This document shows positions 1 to 13,076 of a stretch of 64,000 nucleotides of DNA, piece after piece; the first letter of the stretch is position 1; each line of letters starts with the position of its first letter. Source of the stretch: Octopus vulgaris (Eukaryota); assembly GCA_951406725.2 (NCBI GenBank), contig OX597817.1, positions 155,434,001 to 155,498,000 on the forward strand. The letters are read 5' to 3'. The notes under the pieces are model-generated. The model searched no databases and had not been told where the DNA came from. It saw nothing but the letters and a program-made list of their open reading frames with translations. The position numbers and the translations under genes were made by a program.

Positions 1-224
1 CTAAGTATCTCACAAGTAATAATAAAAAATTTTGGTTAGATTTTAGATGCACTGCACTCCTATTCTATAAAGTCACATAACCTGTATTCTGTTTAATAAT
101 TGTTTATATAAAATTTGAACTTCCTAGCTTCAACAGTTTCTGAAATATCACTGGTGCCAAATTTGCTTGTGATTAGATATAATAAATTGAGAAGGAATGA
201 TGGTTGTGATGTTTATTTACTTAC

Positions 225-383
225 CAAACCTGGAATTATTTTCTTGAGTGATTCTGCTGCAGTTTCAGCTTTTGGTTTTTTGCCATTCAGGCTATCTTCA
301 AAGACAAATAATGACTGCCGTACAGGGTTGGAATATGAAATCTTCCCATTGTCCACCAATGTCAAATTCCTAATACCCCATCC
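225..383 (-). CDS. ATG7: ATG7 exon 11 ([53 protein letters not shown])
   Basis: attgtag|GGA...TTG|gtaagt, 159 nt; ThiF/E1 motif SN..RQ. Confidence 0.97.
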
Positions 384-3095
384 CTACAATAAAACAGAAA
401 TTATATCAGGACATGCCACAACATTGTAGCCTTGTAGTTAATATATTAGAGCATGCTATTGTTAGGGTCTTATATTAAGACCATACTATCTCACCACTCT
501 CAGATGGTACACCAGACAGCAGTATATTAGAATATATTAGAATATGCTATTGTGTTGCAATCTTGTGGTCAATACATTAGGACCATATATAAAGCAGCAA
601 GCTGGCAGGGTTGTTAGCACACCAGGCAAAGTGTTTAGCAGAATTTCGTCTGTCTTTACATTCTGAGGTCAAATTCCACTGAGGTCAACTTTGCTTTTAA
701 TCCCTGTTGGGAGTTAATGAAATAAGTGCCAGTTGAGTACTGGAGTCAATGCAATTGACTAACTCACTTCCCTGAAGACTTGGTTCCTCAGGTAAATTCT
801 GTTCAGGTGTAACAAACGAACTCAGAATAACAGATATAGCAAGATTAAAAATCAAAAAGACACAACAATTAGAATGAGGGAAACATCAAAGAGCAAAGAT
901 TAAAAACTTGCAATAAAAGAAAAAGAGCTAAAAATGAATGACTAAACTTGTAAAAAAAATCTACGGAAAATGTAAAAGACTAAAGAGGCAAAGATTAAAA
1001 CTTACAGCAAAAGATATGTTAAGATTAATGACTTACAATAAGACATCTGGCAACATTACAACCAAGAGTTCCAGCTCCAAGTAAAAGACATTTGGTCTGA
1101 GAAATTAACTCTAAATCCAAGTCTGGGATTAGGCGCCAGCGCATCAACTTTAAATTTAGGCCAACAGCAGATTCCGCTAATCTGAAAGATAGAAGATGTG
1201 GATTATCACATGTAGATTATGTGGAAATTTAGTAAAATGGAGAAATATAAGACTGAATATATCAAAATCTCTTTAGAATTATTGATCTCTTCAATTCATG
1301 ATAGCATTTAAAAACCTTTAACAATAATGATGATGATACCTATTTCTTTACTACCCACAAGGGGCTAAACACAGAGGGGACAAACAAGAACAGACAAATG
1401 GATTAAGTTGATTATATCGACCCCAGTGCGTAACTGGTACTTATTTAATCGACCCCAAAAGGATGAAAGGCAAAGTCGACCTCGGCGGAATTTGAACTCA
1501 GAACGTAACTGCAGTCGAAATACCTATTTCTTTACTACTCACAAGGGGCTAAACACAGAGGGGACAAACAAATGGATTAAGTTGATTATATCGACCCCAG
1601 TGCGTAACTGGTACTTATTTAATTGACCCCGAAAGGATGAAAGGCAAAGTCAACCTCGGCGGAATTTGAACTCAGAACGTAACTGCAGTCGAAATACCTA
1701 TTTCTTTACTACTCACAAGGGGCTAAACACAGAGGGGACAAACAAGAACAGACAAATGGATTAAGTTGATTATATCGACCCCAGTGCGTAACTGGTACTT
1801 ATTTAATTGACCCCGAAAGGATGAAAGGCAAAGTCGACCTCGGCGGAATTTGAACTCAGAACGTAGCGGCAGATGAAATACCGTTAAGCATTTCGCCCGG
1901 CATGCTAACGATTCTGCCAGCTCGCCGCCCTAATGATGATGATACCTATTTCTTTACTACCCACAAGGGGCTAAACACAGAGGGGACAAACAAGAACAGA
2001 CAAATGGATTAAGTTGATTATATCGACCCCAGTGCGTAACTGGTACTTATTTAATCGACCCCAAAAGGATGAAAGGCGAAGTCGACCTCGGCGGAATTTG
2101 AACTCAGAACGTAGCGGCAGATGAAATACCGTTAAGCATTTCGCCCAGCATGCTAACGATTCTACCAGCTTGCCGCCCTAATGATGATGATACCAGTGCA
2201 CACTATAATAGGTTTGTTTGACTGTTAATAGAGAGATTAACAAAAATTCTGAGATAAGACACTGGCATTATAGGATAGTACTGTTGCCATTGTTATTGCT
2301 AATGCTGTTGTTTAGTTCTCGGTCAACCATGACTGACCAGATCTATCATCAAAGACATTTCAGACGCTACCACCCAATCTTTTTCTCAGGCTCATAGCAT
2401 TTTTGGTTTTCAGGCAGGCAGCTGACCACTGTTGCTACTAGTAAAAGGATATGAAACACTTTGCTGACCATAGCAGTTTTATGAAAGACATGGCAGAAAC
2501 TGTGTATTTGAAACCTGATAATACAGTTGCTATCACACGCATAAAATAATCAAATGAAAGAGCAACAAAATCATAGACATCTTACATATTAGGGTCCATG
2601 GAATGACTTAGGTTGACCATACGCGGTCCCATCTTGCCCCGTTCATTCTTCTCCCAGCCTACTGTTGATGAGCATTCTGGTGAAGGAAAAAAATACCAAT
2701 GTAATAATCATATAAAACAAAGGAAATATTTCAATATAAGAATTTATAAGTAATCTTCATCAAAGATAATTTTTACAACCCCTAAGCCAAATATATATGG
2801 GCCTAACAACCAAAGTATCTTTATATAATTTCGATGGATCTCATCTTTAATGCAATTGGAACCATACATGCTATTACTGTCAGGATCTTTATAATCATTC
2901 ATTTTACATGTTTTTCCAGGCTAGCATGGGTTAGGTGAATATGTTTTACACTGGATGCTCTTCCTGTCACTAACCATTACTTGTTCGCTTACTTGACATG
3001 GACTAGAGGATTTGTTGACAGAGGAACTGACAACAATAATGCAACTTACAGATTGCAACTTTTTGGAAACAATCGCAAAAGTAAACAAGCATATA

Positions 3096-3137
<42 letters not shown>

Positions 3138-6100
3138 ATCACACACAAATACACATGCAAACACACACACACGCATGCAAGCACACACACATGCATGCAT
3201 GCAAGTACACATACATGCAAGCACACACACACATGCACACACACACACATATGCAAGCACATACACACATACACACACATGCAAGCACACACATACACTC
3301 ACATACACACATACATATAAACAAGTTTTCCATCTCCCAAAATTCACTCACAAAACTGAACATATCAATCATCAGAGTAGCAACAGCAATGATCATAGTA
3401 CTCACCTGTAATATGGGAAACTGGTGGAATCTTCAGGCTGAGGGCAAGACTGTGAGCTATGCTGCGTACACCATTCTGCATTTTGTCTTTGAAGCAGACG
3501 ACTTCAATTTCACTCACTTTGTCACCTCTGCAAGTTTACAAACAAGTCACATCATCATCATCATCATCATCATCATTATTTAATGTCTGTTTTCCATGCT
3601 GGCATGGGTTGGATAGTTTGATAGGACCAGGCTCCATTCATCTGTTTTGGCATGGCTTCTATGGCTGGATGCTTTTCCTAATGCCAACCAATTCCATTTC
3701 CAAGCTGGATCTATTTCACTTCAAATCCAACACTAATGCCCTTGGGAAAGGCATGAACTCCATTAATTTTCATCCATGCCCTTCTATTTTGCTTGTAAAA
3801 ATTGATCTAGTTTCATGCTAACATAGAGGAGATATGTAAGAGAATATGTATTTTCTTCAGTGTGTATTTCCTGAAACCAGGGCTGTGGAGTTGAAACAGA
3901 AAACTTCAACTCCTCTCCTAATGGCACCTCTGACTCCGACGCCTCTATGTATATGTGTTTCTGTGTGTGCATCTTTGTGTCTGTGTTTGCCACCCCTACT
4001 ACCACTTGACAACTGGTGTTGGTTTGTTTATGTCCTAGTAACTTAGCAGTTCAGCAAAACCGTCCAACAAAATAAGTATCAGACTTAGAAAAAAAACAAA
4101 TTACTGGAATTGATTTGTGTTCAACTAAAACTCTCCAAGGCAGTTCCCCCGCATGGCAGTTCACTGACTGAAACAAGCAAAGATAAAAATAAGAAACCCA
4201 TACTATGCCCGTAACATATATTGAAGAGTGCTGTGTCACCTACCAAATATCTAAACAACTTGTTAAAAGATGCAAAATACTAAATTTTGCTTAGTAATTA
4301 GTGATAAAAAAAATTAACTTAGTTTCAGTAGCCTTCGAGGTAACAGAGAACATTTAATCAAACAAAGAAAAGCGGTAAAACACAGGCACCTAATTTTTTG
4401 GTGGCTGAAAATATTGGATGCGACTTGTCAAATGATTGTAAAGCATAATACTGGTTTCAAATTTTGGCACAAGCTCAGGGAGGAGTAAGTCAATTATATC
4501 AACCCCAGGCGGCGAGCTGGCAGAAACGTTAGCGCGCCGGGCGAAATGCGTAGCCGTATTTCGTCTGTCGTTACGTTGTGAGTTCAAATTCCGCTGAGGT
4601 CGACTTTGCCTTTCATCCTTTCGGAGTCGATAAATTAAGTACCAGTTACGCACTGGGGTCGATGTAATCGACTTAATCCCTTTGTCTGTCCTTGTTTGTC
4701 CCCTCTATGTTTAGCCCCTTGTGGGTAGTAAAGAAATATATATATCAACCCCAGTGCTCAACTGGTACTTATTTCATTGATCCCAAAAGGGGTGAAAGGC
4801 AATGTCAGTCTTGGCAGAATTTGAACTCAGAACATAAAAGATGGACAAAATACTGCTAAGCATTTTGCCCAGTACAGTAATGATTCTGCCAGCTCACTGC
4901 TTTATTGCAGAACATGATATTTCCTGGAGAAACAATGATCAGACCAAAGCTGGGTTGGGTAACAAAGAAATAGAAAACTGTAAAGACATACTTACATGAC
5001 ATATGAGATGAAGTAGAGGTAATTCCGTAGGGGCCAACCAGGGAAATCACTTGCAGGACAAGGATCATAAAAGGCAAATATCACCTGTAAACAAAGAAAC
5101 AGGACATTATTTTTTAACTTTTACTTGTTTCAGTCAATGGACTGTGGCTATGCTGGGGCACTGCTTTGAAGGGTTTAGATGAACAAGTTGCCCTCCAGGA
5201 CTTACTTTTTTTAAACTCTAGTACTCATTCTGTGAAGTTGCATGGCTCAGTGGTTAGACTGTCGGACTCACAATCATGAGGTAGTGAGTTTGATTCCCAG
5301 GCAAGGTTGTGTGTTGTGTTCTTGAGCAAGATACTTTATTTCACATTGCTCCTTGCTCGCTCAACTAGAGAAATGAGTTGCAATGTCACTGGTGCCGACT
5401 GTATTGGCCTTTGCCTTTCTCTTGGATAACATCAGTGGCATGGAAAAGGGAGGCTAGTATACAGGAGCAGCTGCTGGTCTTCCACAAACGACCTTGCCTA
5501 GACTTGTACCTTGGAGGGTAACTTTCTAAGTGCAATCCTGTGGTCATTCATGACCGATGGCAGTCTTAATCCTTAACTACTCGTTCTATCAGTTTCATTT
5601 TGCCAAGCTGCTAACTTACAAGGTCACAAACAAACCAACACCAGTTGTCAAGTGATGTGGGGTACAAACACAGACAAACACACATACATATATATGTACA
5701 ACAAGAATCATTCAATTTCAATCAGCCAAATCCCTCACAAGGTTTTGTTCAGCCTGAGGCTATAGAATAAGACACTTGCCCAAGGTGCCACACAGTGAGA
5801 CTGAACCTGAAACCATGTGATTGGAAAGCAAGCTCCTTAAAACATAGCCAATTTTTTTGTTTGCTACAGTGGTGATGGAGGTGGAATTGATTGTTGTATT
5901 GGTTGCTATTGTTGAGATGTAGCTCTCAGGGCAGTCCTGGTGACGGCAGTGAAATCCTAGGTGAGTGAGATGAGGAATAGTTACATTGTAAAACCCAAAT
6001 TTAAATGATTGTATATTCACCATGTTCACTTTCATCACAACCATGATCATTGTTTTAATATCCATCTATGTTTTACAAGCTAGCATGGGTTGGATAAGTC

Positions 6101-6930
6101 TGCCATATAGCAGATAGAGCATCATCATCATCATCATCGTTTAACGTCCGTTCTCCATGCTAGCATGGGTTGGACGGTTCGACCGGGGATCTGGGAAGCC
6201 AGAAGGCTGCACCAGGCTCCGGTCTTATCTGGTAATGTTTCTACAGCTGGATGCCCTTCCTAACGCCAACCACTCCGTGAGTGTAGTGGGTGCTTTTTAC
6301 GTGCCACCTGCACTGGTGCCAGGCGAGGCTGGCATCGGCCACGGTCGGATTGGTGCATTTTACGTGCCACCTGCACGGAAGCCAGTCGAGGCGGCACTGG
6401 CTTCGGCCACGATTCGGATGGTGCTTTTTACGTGCCACCGACACGGAAGCCAGTCGAGGCGGCGCTGGCATCGGCCACGATTCGGATAGACAATACAAAA
6501 AAGAAAGAAACAGCATTGAACTGCATTAACAGAATAGATTGAACAAATATACATAACTGATAACGAAGAGGAGAGTGGAGATTTATTCACATCCAAAGCT
6601 TTTTTATTAAAAAGTTTTCTACAGCATAACACAGACCTACATATGTTTCGACTGCGTATGTAGGTCAGTATTATATATGCTGTAAAATAACCATTTTGAT
6701 AAAAAAGTTTTGGATGTGAATAAATCTCGACTCTCCTCTTCGTTATCAATTATATACTCTATGGAATATTTGCAGTTCTAAATAGGAACACAGAACTACC
6801 CAACGAGTGAAGCTTATTAGTACCAGTATCTCTTTTAAGCTTGAGTACTATGTAACTGGACTGTTGTGGATAGCCAGCATCTATACCAATTTGTGAGATA
6901 ATTATCTGCCAGGATAATTAATCCCTTTTA

Positions 6931-6967
<37 letters not shown>

Positions 6968-7480
6968 TAGTTTAATGAATTATCTTAGTATGGATAATTC
7001 GGTTAACCGATACCTGGGTAGCAAATTCACGTCAGAAAAACACGGTTGAAGCTACATGCCAAGGGCAGAGATCATGTACTTTCGTGTGGAAATTTGTGTG
7101 TTTTTTTAATACAAATAAATGAAAGAATGGAGTTGAACGACGATTTAACAAAATTCCATTATTCTCGACATATGTTTCGAAGGCTGCATATTCCTAATTT
7201 CGAAGGAATAAGGGGTGCATTATGCCGCCTTCTTATCAGGAATAACAAGGAACTTATGTCAGCATCAAGATGAACAAAAACTCTTAGATGACTGCCCACA
7301 CGGAGTCCATAGCGATAATGTTTTTGTTCATCTTGATGCTGACATAAGTTCCTTGTTTTTCCTGATGAGAAGGCAGCATAATGCACCCCTTATTCCTTCG
7401 AAATTAGGAATATGCAGCCTTCGAAACATATGTCGAGAATAAAGGAATTTTGTTAAATTGTCGTTCAACTCCATTCTTTC

Positions 7481-7530
<50 letters not shown>

Positions 7531-10327
7531 CCACACACACACACACAGATGAACTGTTTCATTACTGCTACCAGAAGTATACTTCAAAGGCAGCGAACTG
7601 GCAGAAACGTTAGCACACTGGGCGAAATGCTTAGCGGTATTTCATATGCCGCTACATTCTGACTTTGTCCTTCATCCTTTCGGGTCAATTAAATAAGTAC
7701 CAGTTACACACTGGAGTCGATATAATCAACTTAATCCATTTGTCTGTCCTTGTTTGTCCCCTCTGTGTGTAGCCCCTTGTGGGCAGTAAAGAAATAAAAA
7801 GTATACTTCAAGTCCCTTAACACTGGTTGCCCCATAACCATGGGTAGGGTACCTGACCACCACTGCCTGCACAAACCACAGACTGACCTTCCATACATGT
7901 TATACTAGATCATTAGAGTGAGAGGAAGGAAGGGATGAACAGGCTTATCAAGTGTAGTTAAGTATTACCACACCACCATTTAAACATCCTCATCACCATC
8001 ACCAATTTACATCTGCTTTTCCACACTGGCATGGTTTGGATGTCAGATCATACAAGTCTTATAAACACACTAGCAGTATTGCCCGGCGTTGCTCGGGTTT
8101 GTAAGGGAAATAACTATAAAGCATTTTTAGAGAGTTATAGCCAAAAAATAGCAAAAAAATGGGTAAAAAATTATGGTAAATTTTTTTGAGAGTTAAAAAG
8201 GTCGAGTTGCGTCCCCTAGACAGTCTGTTGTTTGTGTTTCTGATCCTCGACCCCATGTCGAATTTATCGATTTTTCAGAACTGGGGGAACTTTTCAAAAT
8301 TTTCGCTGCGTTAGTTTTGAATTATGACATTGGGCTATGTGTGTGTCAAGTTTCATCAGAATCGGTTGAAAGCCGTGGTCAGGGTAGGGTACAACCTGAC
8401 AGACACACAGACACGCAGACAGACAAACTGCCGTTTATATAGAGAGATACACTCTCAGCATCACACTATCAACTGAAGCAGAAACAAATATATACACTCA
8501 GTAAAACACAATGACATCACATGTACATATACATAGTCGAACTCATATAGGCACGTTCACAAATGCATACACACAGCTTATACACATCATCATCATTTAA
8601 CGTCCACTTTCCATGCTGATATGAGTTGGACGGTTGACATGGAGCTGGCTAGCTGGAAGCTGTCCAGATTCTAATTGTCTGTTGTGGCATGGTTTCTACA
8701 GCCAGATGCCCTTCCTAACGCCAACCACTTAACAGAGTATACTGGGTGTTTTTTACATGCCACCAGCACGGGTGAGTTTACACAGCAGTGGTATGGATAT
8801 GTTTATAGTGACGGCGAGCTGGCAGAATCATTAGTGCGCTGGGCGAAATGCGTAGCTGTATTTCGTCTGCCGTTACGTTCTGAGTTCAAATTCCACCGAG
8901 GTCAACTTTGCCTTTCATCCTTTCGGGGTCGATAAATTAAGTACCAGTTACGCACTGGCGTTGATGTAATCCATTTGTCTGTCCCCTTTGTGTGTAGCCC
9001 CTTGTGGGTAGTAAAGAAATATATAGTGACGGCATCTTGGAAATCTCCAGCATGCATGCACAGGGTTGGAGTCTTCCAGGAGGCCTGCCAGAAGTTCCCT
9101 TGTGCGCATGCGCAGAAAAATAGCAGCGGCAAAATTCTCTGGTATCACTCTCTTAGACGCCAGCAGCTGAACAAGACAGACGTATCTGCATCAGCTCTCT
9201 CAAGCTGCTACCTCATGATGCCTCTCCGTTATGCTTGAACGAGCAAGATTAACTCATTCTACTTGACTACTGCCGATAAGCTCCTAGGCTGCCGATTCGC
9301 CCAGAGGAAGGAAATGTTTATATTGTGAATCAAGGCGGTGAGCTGGCAGAAACGTTAGCATGCAGGGTGAAATGCGTAGCCATATTTCGTCTGCCGCTAC
9401 GTTCTGAGTTCAAATTCCGCCGAGGTCGACTTTGCCTGTCATCCTTTCGGGGTCGATAAATCAAGTACCAGTTACGCACTGGGATCGATGTAATCGACTT
9501 AATCCGTTTGTCTGTCCTTGTTTGTCCCCTCTGTGTTTAGCCCCTTGAGGGTAGTAAAGAAATATATATTGTGAATCAAGAAATAAATATTTATACAGTT
9601 AAAGTTATTCAGAAGTCTTAACTCTTCCTTCGATTAATATTTAATATAAAGGATGCGAGCTGCACCCACCCAGTGCGGGGAACTCTCATCCCGTTATATG
9701 CTTATACAGCACCAGCAAGGGTGCATTTACACATACAAAAACAAATACATAGTGTAACAGTATCACCTCTGAAACACAGTCCATATGCACATACTCACAA
9801 ATATAGACACCAAGATTACAGAAACCAAAAAAGGCTAAAATTTAACCAGAGAACTCAACACAGCTGACCAGTGATTGTTCATTAACACATCACTAGTGTG
9901 AAATTTGGTCATAAACATAACTAGCCATCGATACTAACCTTTTGGTTCTCAGACATCAACTTGGTCAACATGCTGACAGGATGTACAATAATTTTACCAT
10001 CATTTGTTTGTTGAAATAAAAAAAAGGCTTGCAGTCTTTTGTTTAATGACTGGAATTCATCATAGGCTTTCATGAGGTTTTCAAGCTGCAAATATATCAA
10101 AATTCCAAGGATTATGTACATTTATATATCAACATTTCAGGGATTATAAACAATAGTAGGTGTAGGAGTGGCTGTGTGGTAAGTAGCTTGCTTACGAACC
10201 ACATGGTTCTAGGTTCAGTCCCATTGTGTGGCACCATGGGCAAGTGTTTTCTACAATAGCCTCAGACCAACCAATGCCTTGTGAGTGGATTTGGTAGACG
10301 GAAACTGAAAGAAGCCCGTCGTATATA

Positions 10328-10380
<53 letters not shown>

Positions 10381-13026
10381 GTGTTTGTGTGTGTGTATGT
10401 TTGTGTGTGTGTGTATGCTTGTGTGTCTGTGTTTGTTCCCCCAACATCACTTGACAACCAATGCTGGTGTGTTTACGTCCCCGTAACTTAGCAGTTCGGC
10501 AAAAGAGACTAATAGAATAAGTACAAGGCTTACAAAGAATAAGTTCTGGGGTCGATTTGCTCGACTAAAAGGCGGTACTCCAGCATGGCCATAGTCAAAT
10601 GACTGAAACAAGTAAAAGAGTAAAGAGTAAATAATCTGCAAGTTAAGATATTATTATATTAAGCAGTATTATTCCAGTTTTATATTCTTTGTTTTCATGT
10701 TCAATTTTTTTCTCCTGTGCTTGCATGGTTTATTTCTGGGTGTGGGGGGGGACTAGTTTTCCAGCTGCCTATTCTCACTGCTAATAACTAACTGTGAAGT
10801 AAAGTATGGAGCCTGTTTTATTCTCAGTCAAGTCAGTTGGAACAAACAGAGTTATGTACCTTGTTCACAAACCAGCTACAATAAATTTCAGTTTAAAACG
10901 AACATGTAGGCGCAGGAGTGGCTGTGTGGTAAGTAGCTTGTTTACCAACCACATGGTTCCGGGTTCAGTCCCACTGCGTGACACCTTGGGCAAGTGTCCT
11001 CTGCTATAGCCCCGGGCCGACCAAAGCCTTGTGAGTGGATTTGGTAGACGGAAACTGAAAGAAGCCCGTCGTATATATATGCGTGTGTGTTTGTGTGTCT
11101 GTGTTTGTCCCCCCTAGCATTGCTTGACAACCGATGCTGGTGTGTTTATGTCCCCGTTACTTAGCGGTTCGGCAAAAGAGACCGATAGAATAAGTACTGG
11201 GCTTACAAAAGAATAAGTCCCGAGTTGCTCGGTTAAAGGCTGTGCTCCAGCATGGCCGCAGTCAAATGACTGAAACAAATAAAAGAGTAAAAGAGTATGT
11301 ATGACCAGTTAATAATAGAGTTCATTTATTCATACAAATGTCATAATTCACTTTCTCACTGCCCAACGTTTTTCACTGTTTGTTTGCTTACACCAAAGAT
11401 ATATATGTGCTCACATACCAAAACCACTCACAGGGTTTTGGTCAGACCAGAGCTAGAGAAGAAAACGTTTGTCCAACGTTCCACACAGTGGGATTGAACC
11501 CAAGACCATGCGGTAGGGAAGCAAACTTCTTATGAAAGCTGCATCTGCACCTAGTTGATTAATAAAATTCTAAGTTGAATATTTAACAAAACACACACAT
11601 TCAAATTATATTTTACATAATTAAAGAAGAAATAGAAGAATAAGTAAGAGAAATAAATATATTTCTTTACTACCCACAAGGGGCTAAACACAGAGGGGAC
11701 AAACAAGGACAGACAAACGGATTAAGTCGATTACATCGACCCCAGTGCGTAACTGGTACTTAATTTATCGACCCCGAAAGGATGAAAGGCAAAGTCGACC
11801 TCGGCGGAATTTGAACTCAGTACGTAACGGCAGACGAAATACCTATTTCTTTACTACCCACAAGGAGCTAAACACAGAGGGGACAAACAAGGACGGACAA
11901 ACGGATTAAGTCGATTACATCGACCCCAGTGCGCAACTGGTACTTAATTTATCGACCCCGAAAGGATGAAAGGCAAAGTCGACCTCAGCGGAATTTGAAC
12001 TCAGTACATAACGGCAGACGAAATACGGCCACGCATTTCGCCCGGCGTGCTAACGTTTCTGCCAGCTCGCCGAAATAAAGAGAAATAAATAAGCATAAGA
12101 ATAGGTGCTGGTGTGGTTGTGCGATTGAGAAGCTTGCTTCCCAATTATATCGTCTTGAGTTCAATCCCACTGTACGGTACCTTGAGCAAATGTCTGTTAT
12201 AGCCCAAGGTCACAAAACCTTGTGAGTGGATTCAGTATATGGAAACTGAATGAAACCTATCATGTGTGTACTCTTGTCTTAATATTATGTGATGGTTGTA
12301 AACAAGCATCACCACCATACAAGCAATGCTGTTCATCTCCAGTCTTCCAGGCATGGGAAAATATCAAAATATCAACTTGCTTTGAAACAGGTAAGGGATG
12401 GTGACATGGAGGACATTCATCATCATTTAACATCCATTGTCCATGCTGGCATGGGTTGGACAGTTTGACCAGAGCTGGCAAGCTGGAGAGCTGAACCAAG
12501 CTCCAGTCTGAGACAGTATGGTTTCTAAGGCTGGATGCCCTTCCTAATGCCAATCACTTTACAGAGTGTGCTGGATGCTTTTACATGGCACTGCATGGGT
12601 ACTTTTACATGGCACTGCACAGGCACTTTTATGTGGCGCTGCATGGGCGTTTTTACGTGGCACCACCACAAGCGCTTTACACCACCAGCTGGATTGGTCT
12701 TAACGCTTCTCCTGTGGGTGCCGGATATCTCAGTCCTTTGTCATCTCGCCTGAAATATTCAGCTTCCTGAGGTCAGAAATTCTGTCTGACCCATGCAAGA
12801 ATGGAAAAGTAGATGTTAAGTAATCATGATGAAGGTAGTGAGCTGGCAGAACCGTTAGCACACCGGGCAAAACACTTAGCCATATTTCGTCTGCCGTTAA
12901 GTTCTGAGTTCAAATTCCAACTTTGCCTTTCATCCTTTCGGGGTCGATAAATTAAGTACAAGTTATGCACTGGGGTCAATATAATCGACCTAATCCGTTT
13001 GTCTGTCCTTGTTTGTCCTCTCTGTG

Positions 13027-13076
<50 letters not shown>

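Larger units (their letters stand above)
6965..7486. mobile_element. Penelope-like fold-back element (167-bp inverted arms 7115-7281 / 7320-7486) inserted in (TA)n
   Basis: Near-perfect inverted repeat carrying hammerhead motifs; (TA)n on both flanks. Confidence 0.7.

Noticed and set aside
115-429. Plus-strand 104-aa ORF
   Set aside because: Antisense shadow of ATG7 exon 11.
2921-3583. Cluster of 78-200 aa His/Thr- or Cys/Val-rich ORFs
   Set aside because: Products of the (CA)n repeat; the real coding sequence here is ATG7 exon 8 on the minus strand.
4508-4600. tRNA genes at A/B-box motifs
   Set aside because: These are SINE heads continuing into SINE bodies with TSDs; I could not form a complete cloverleaf.
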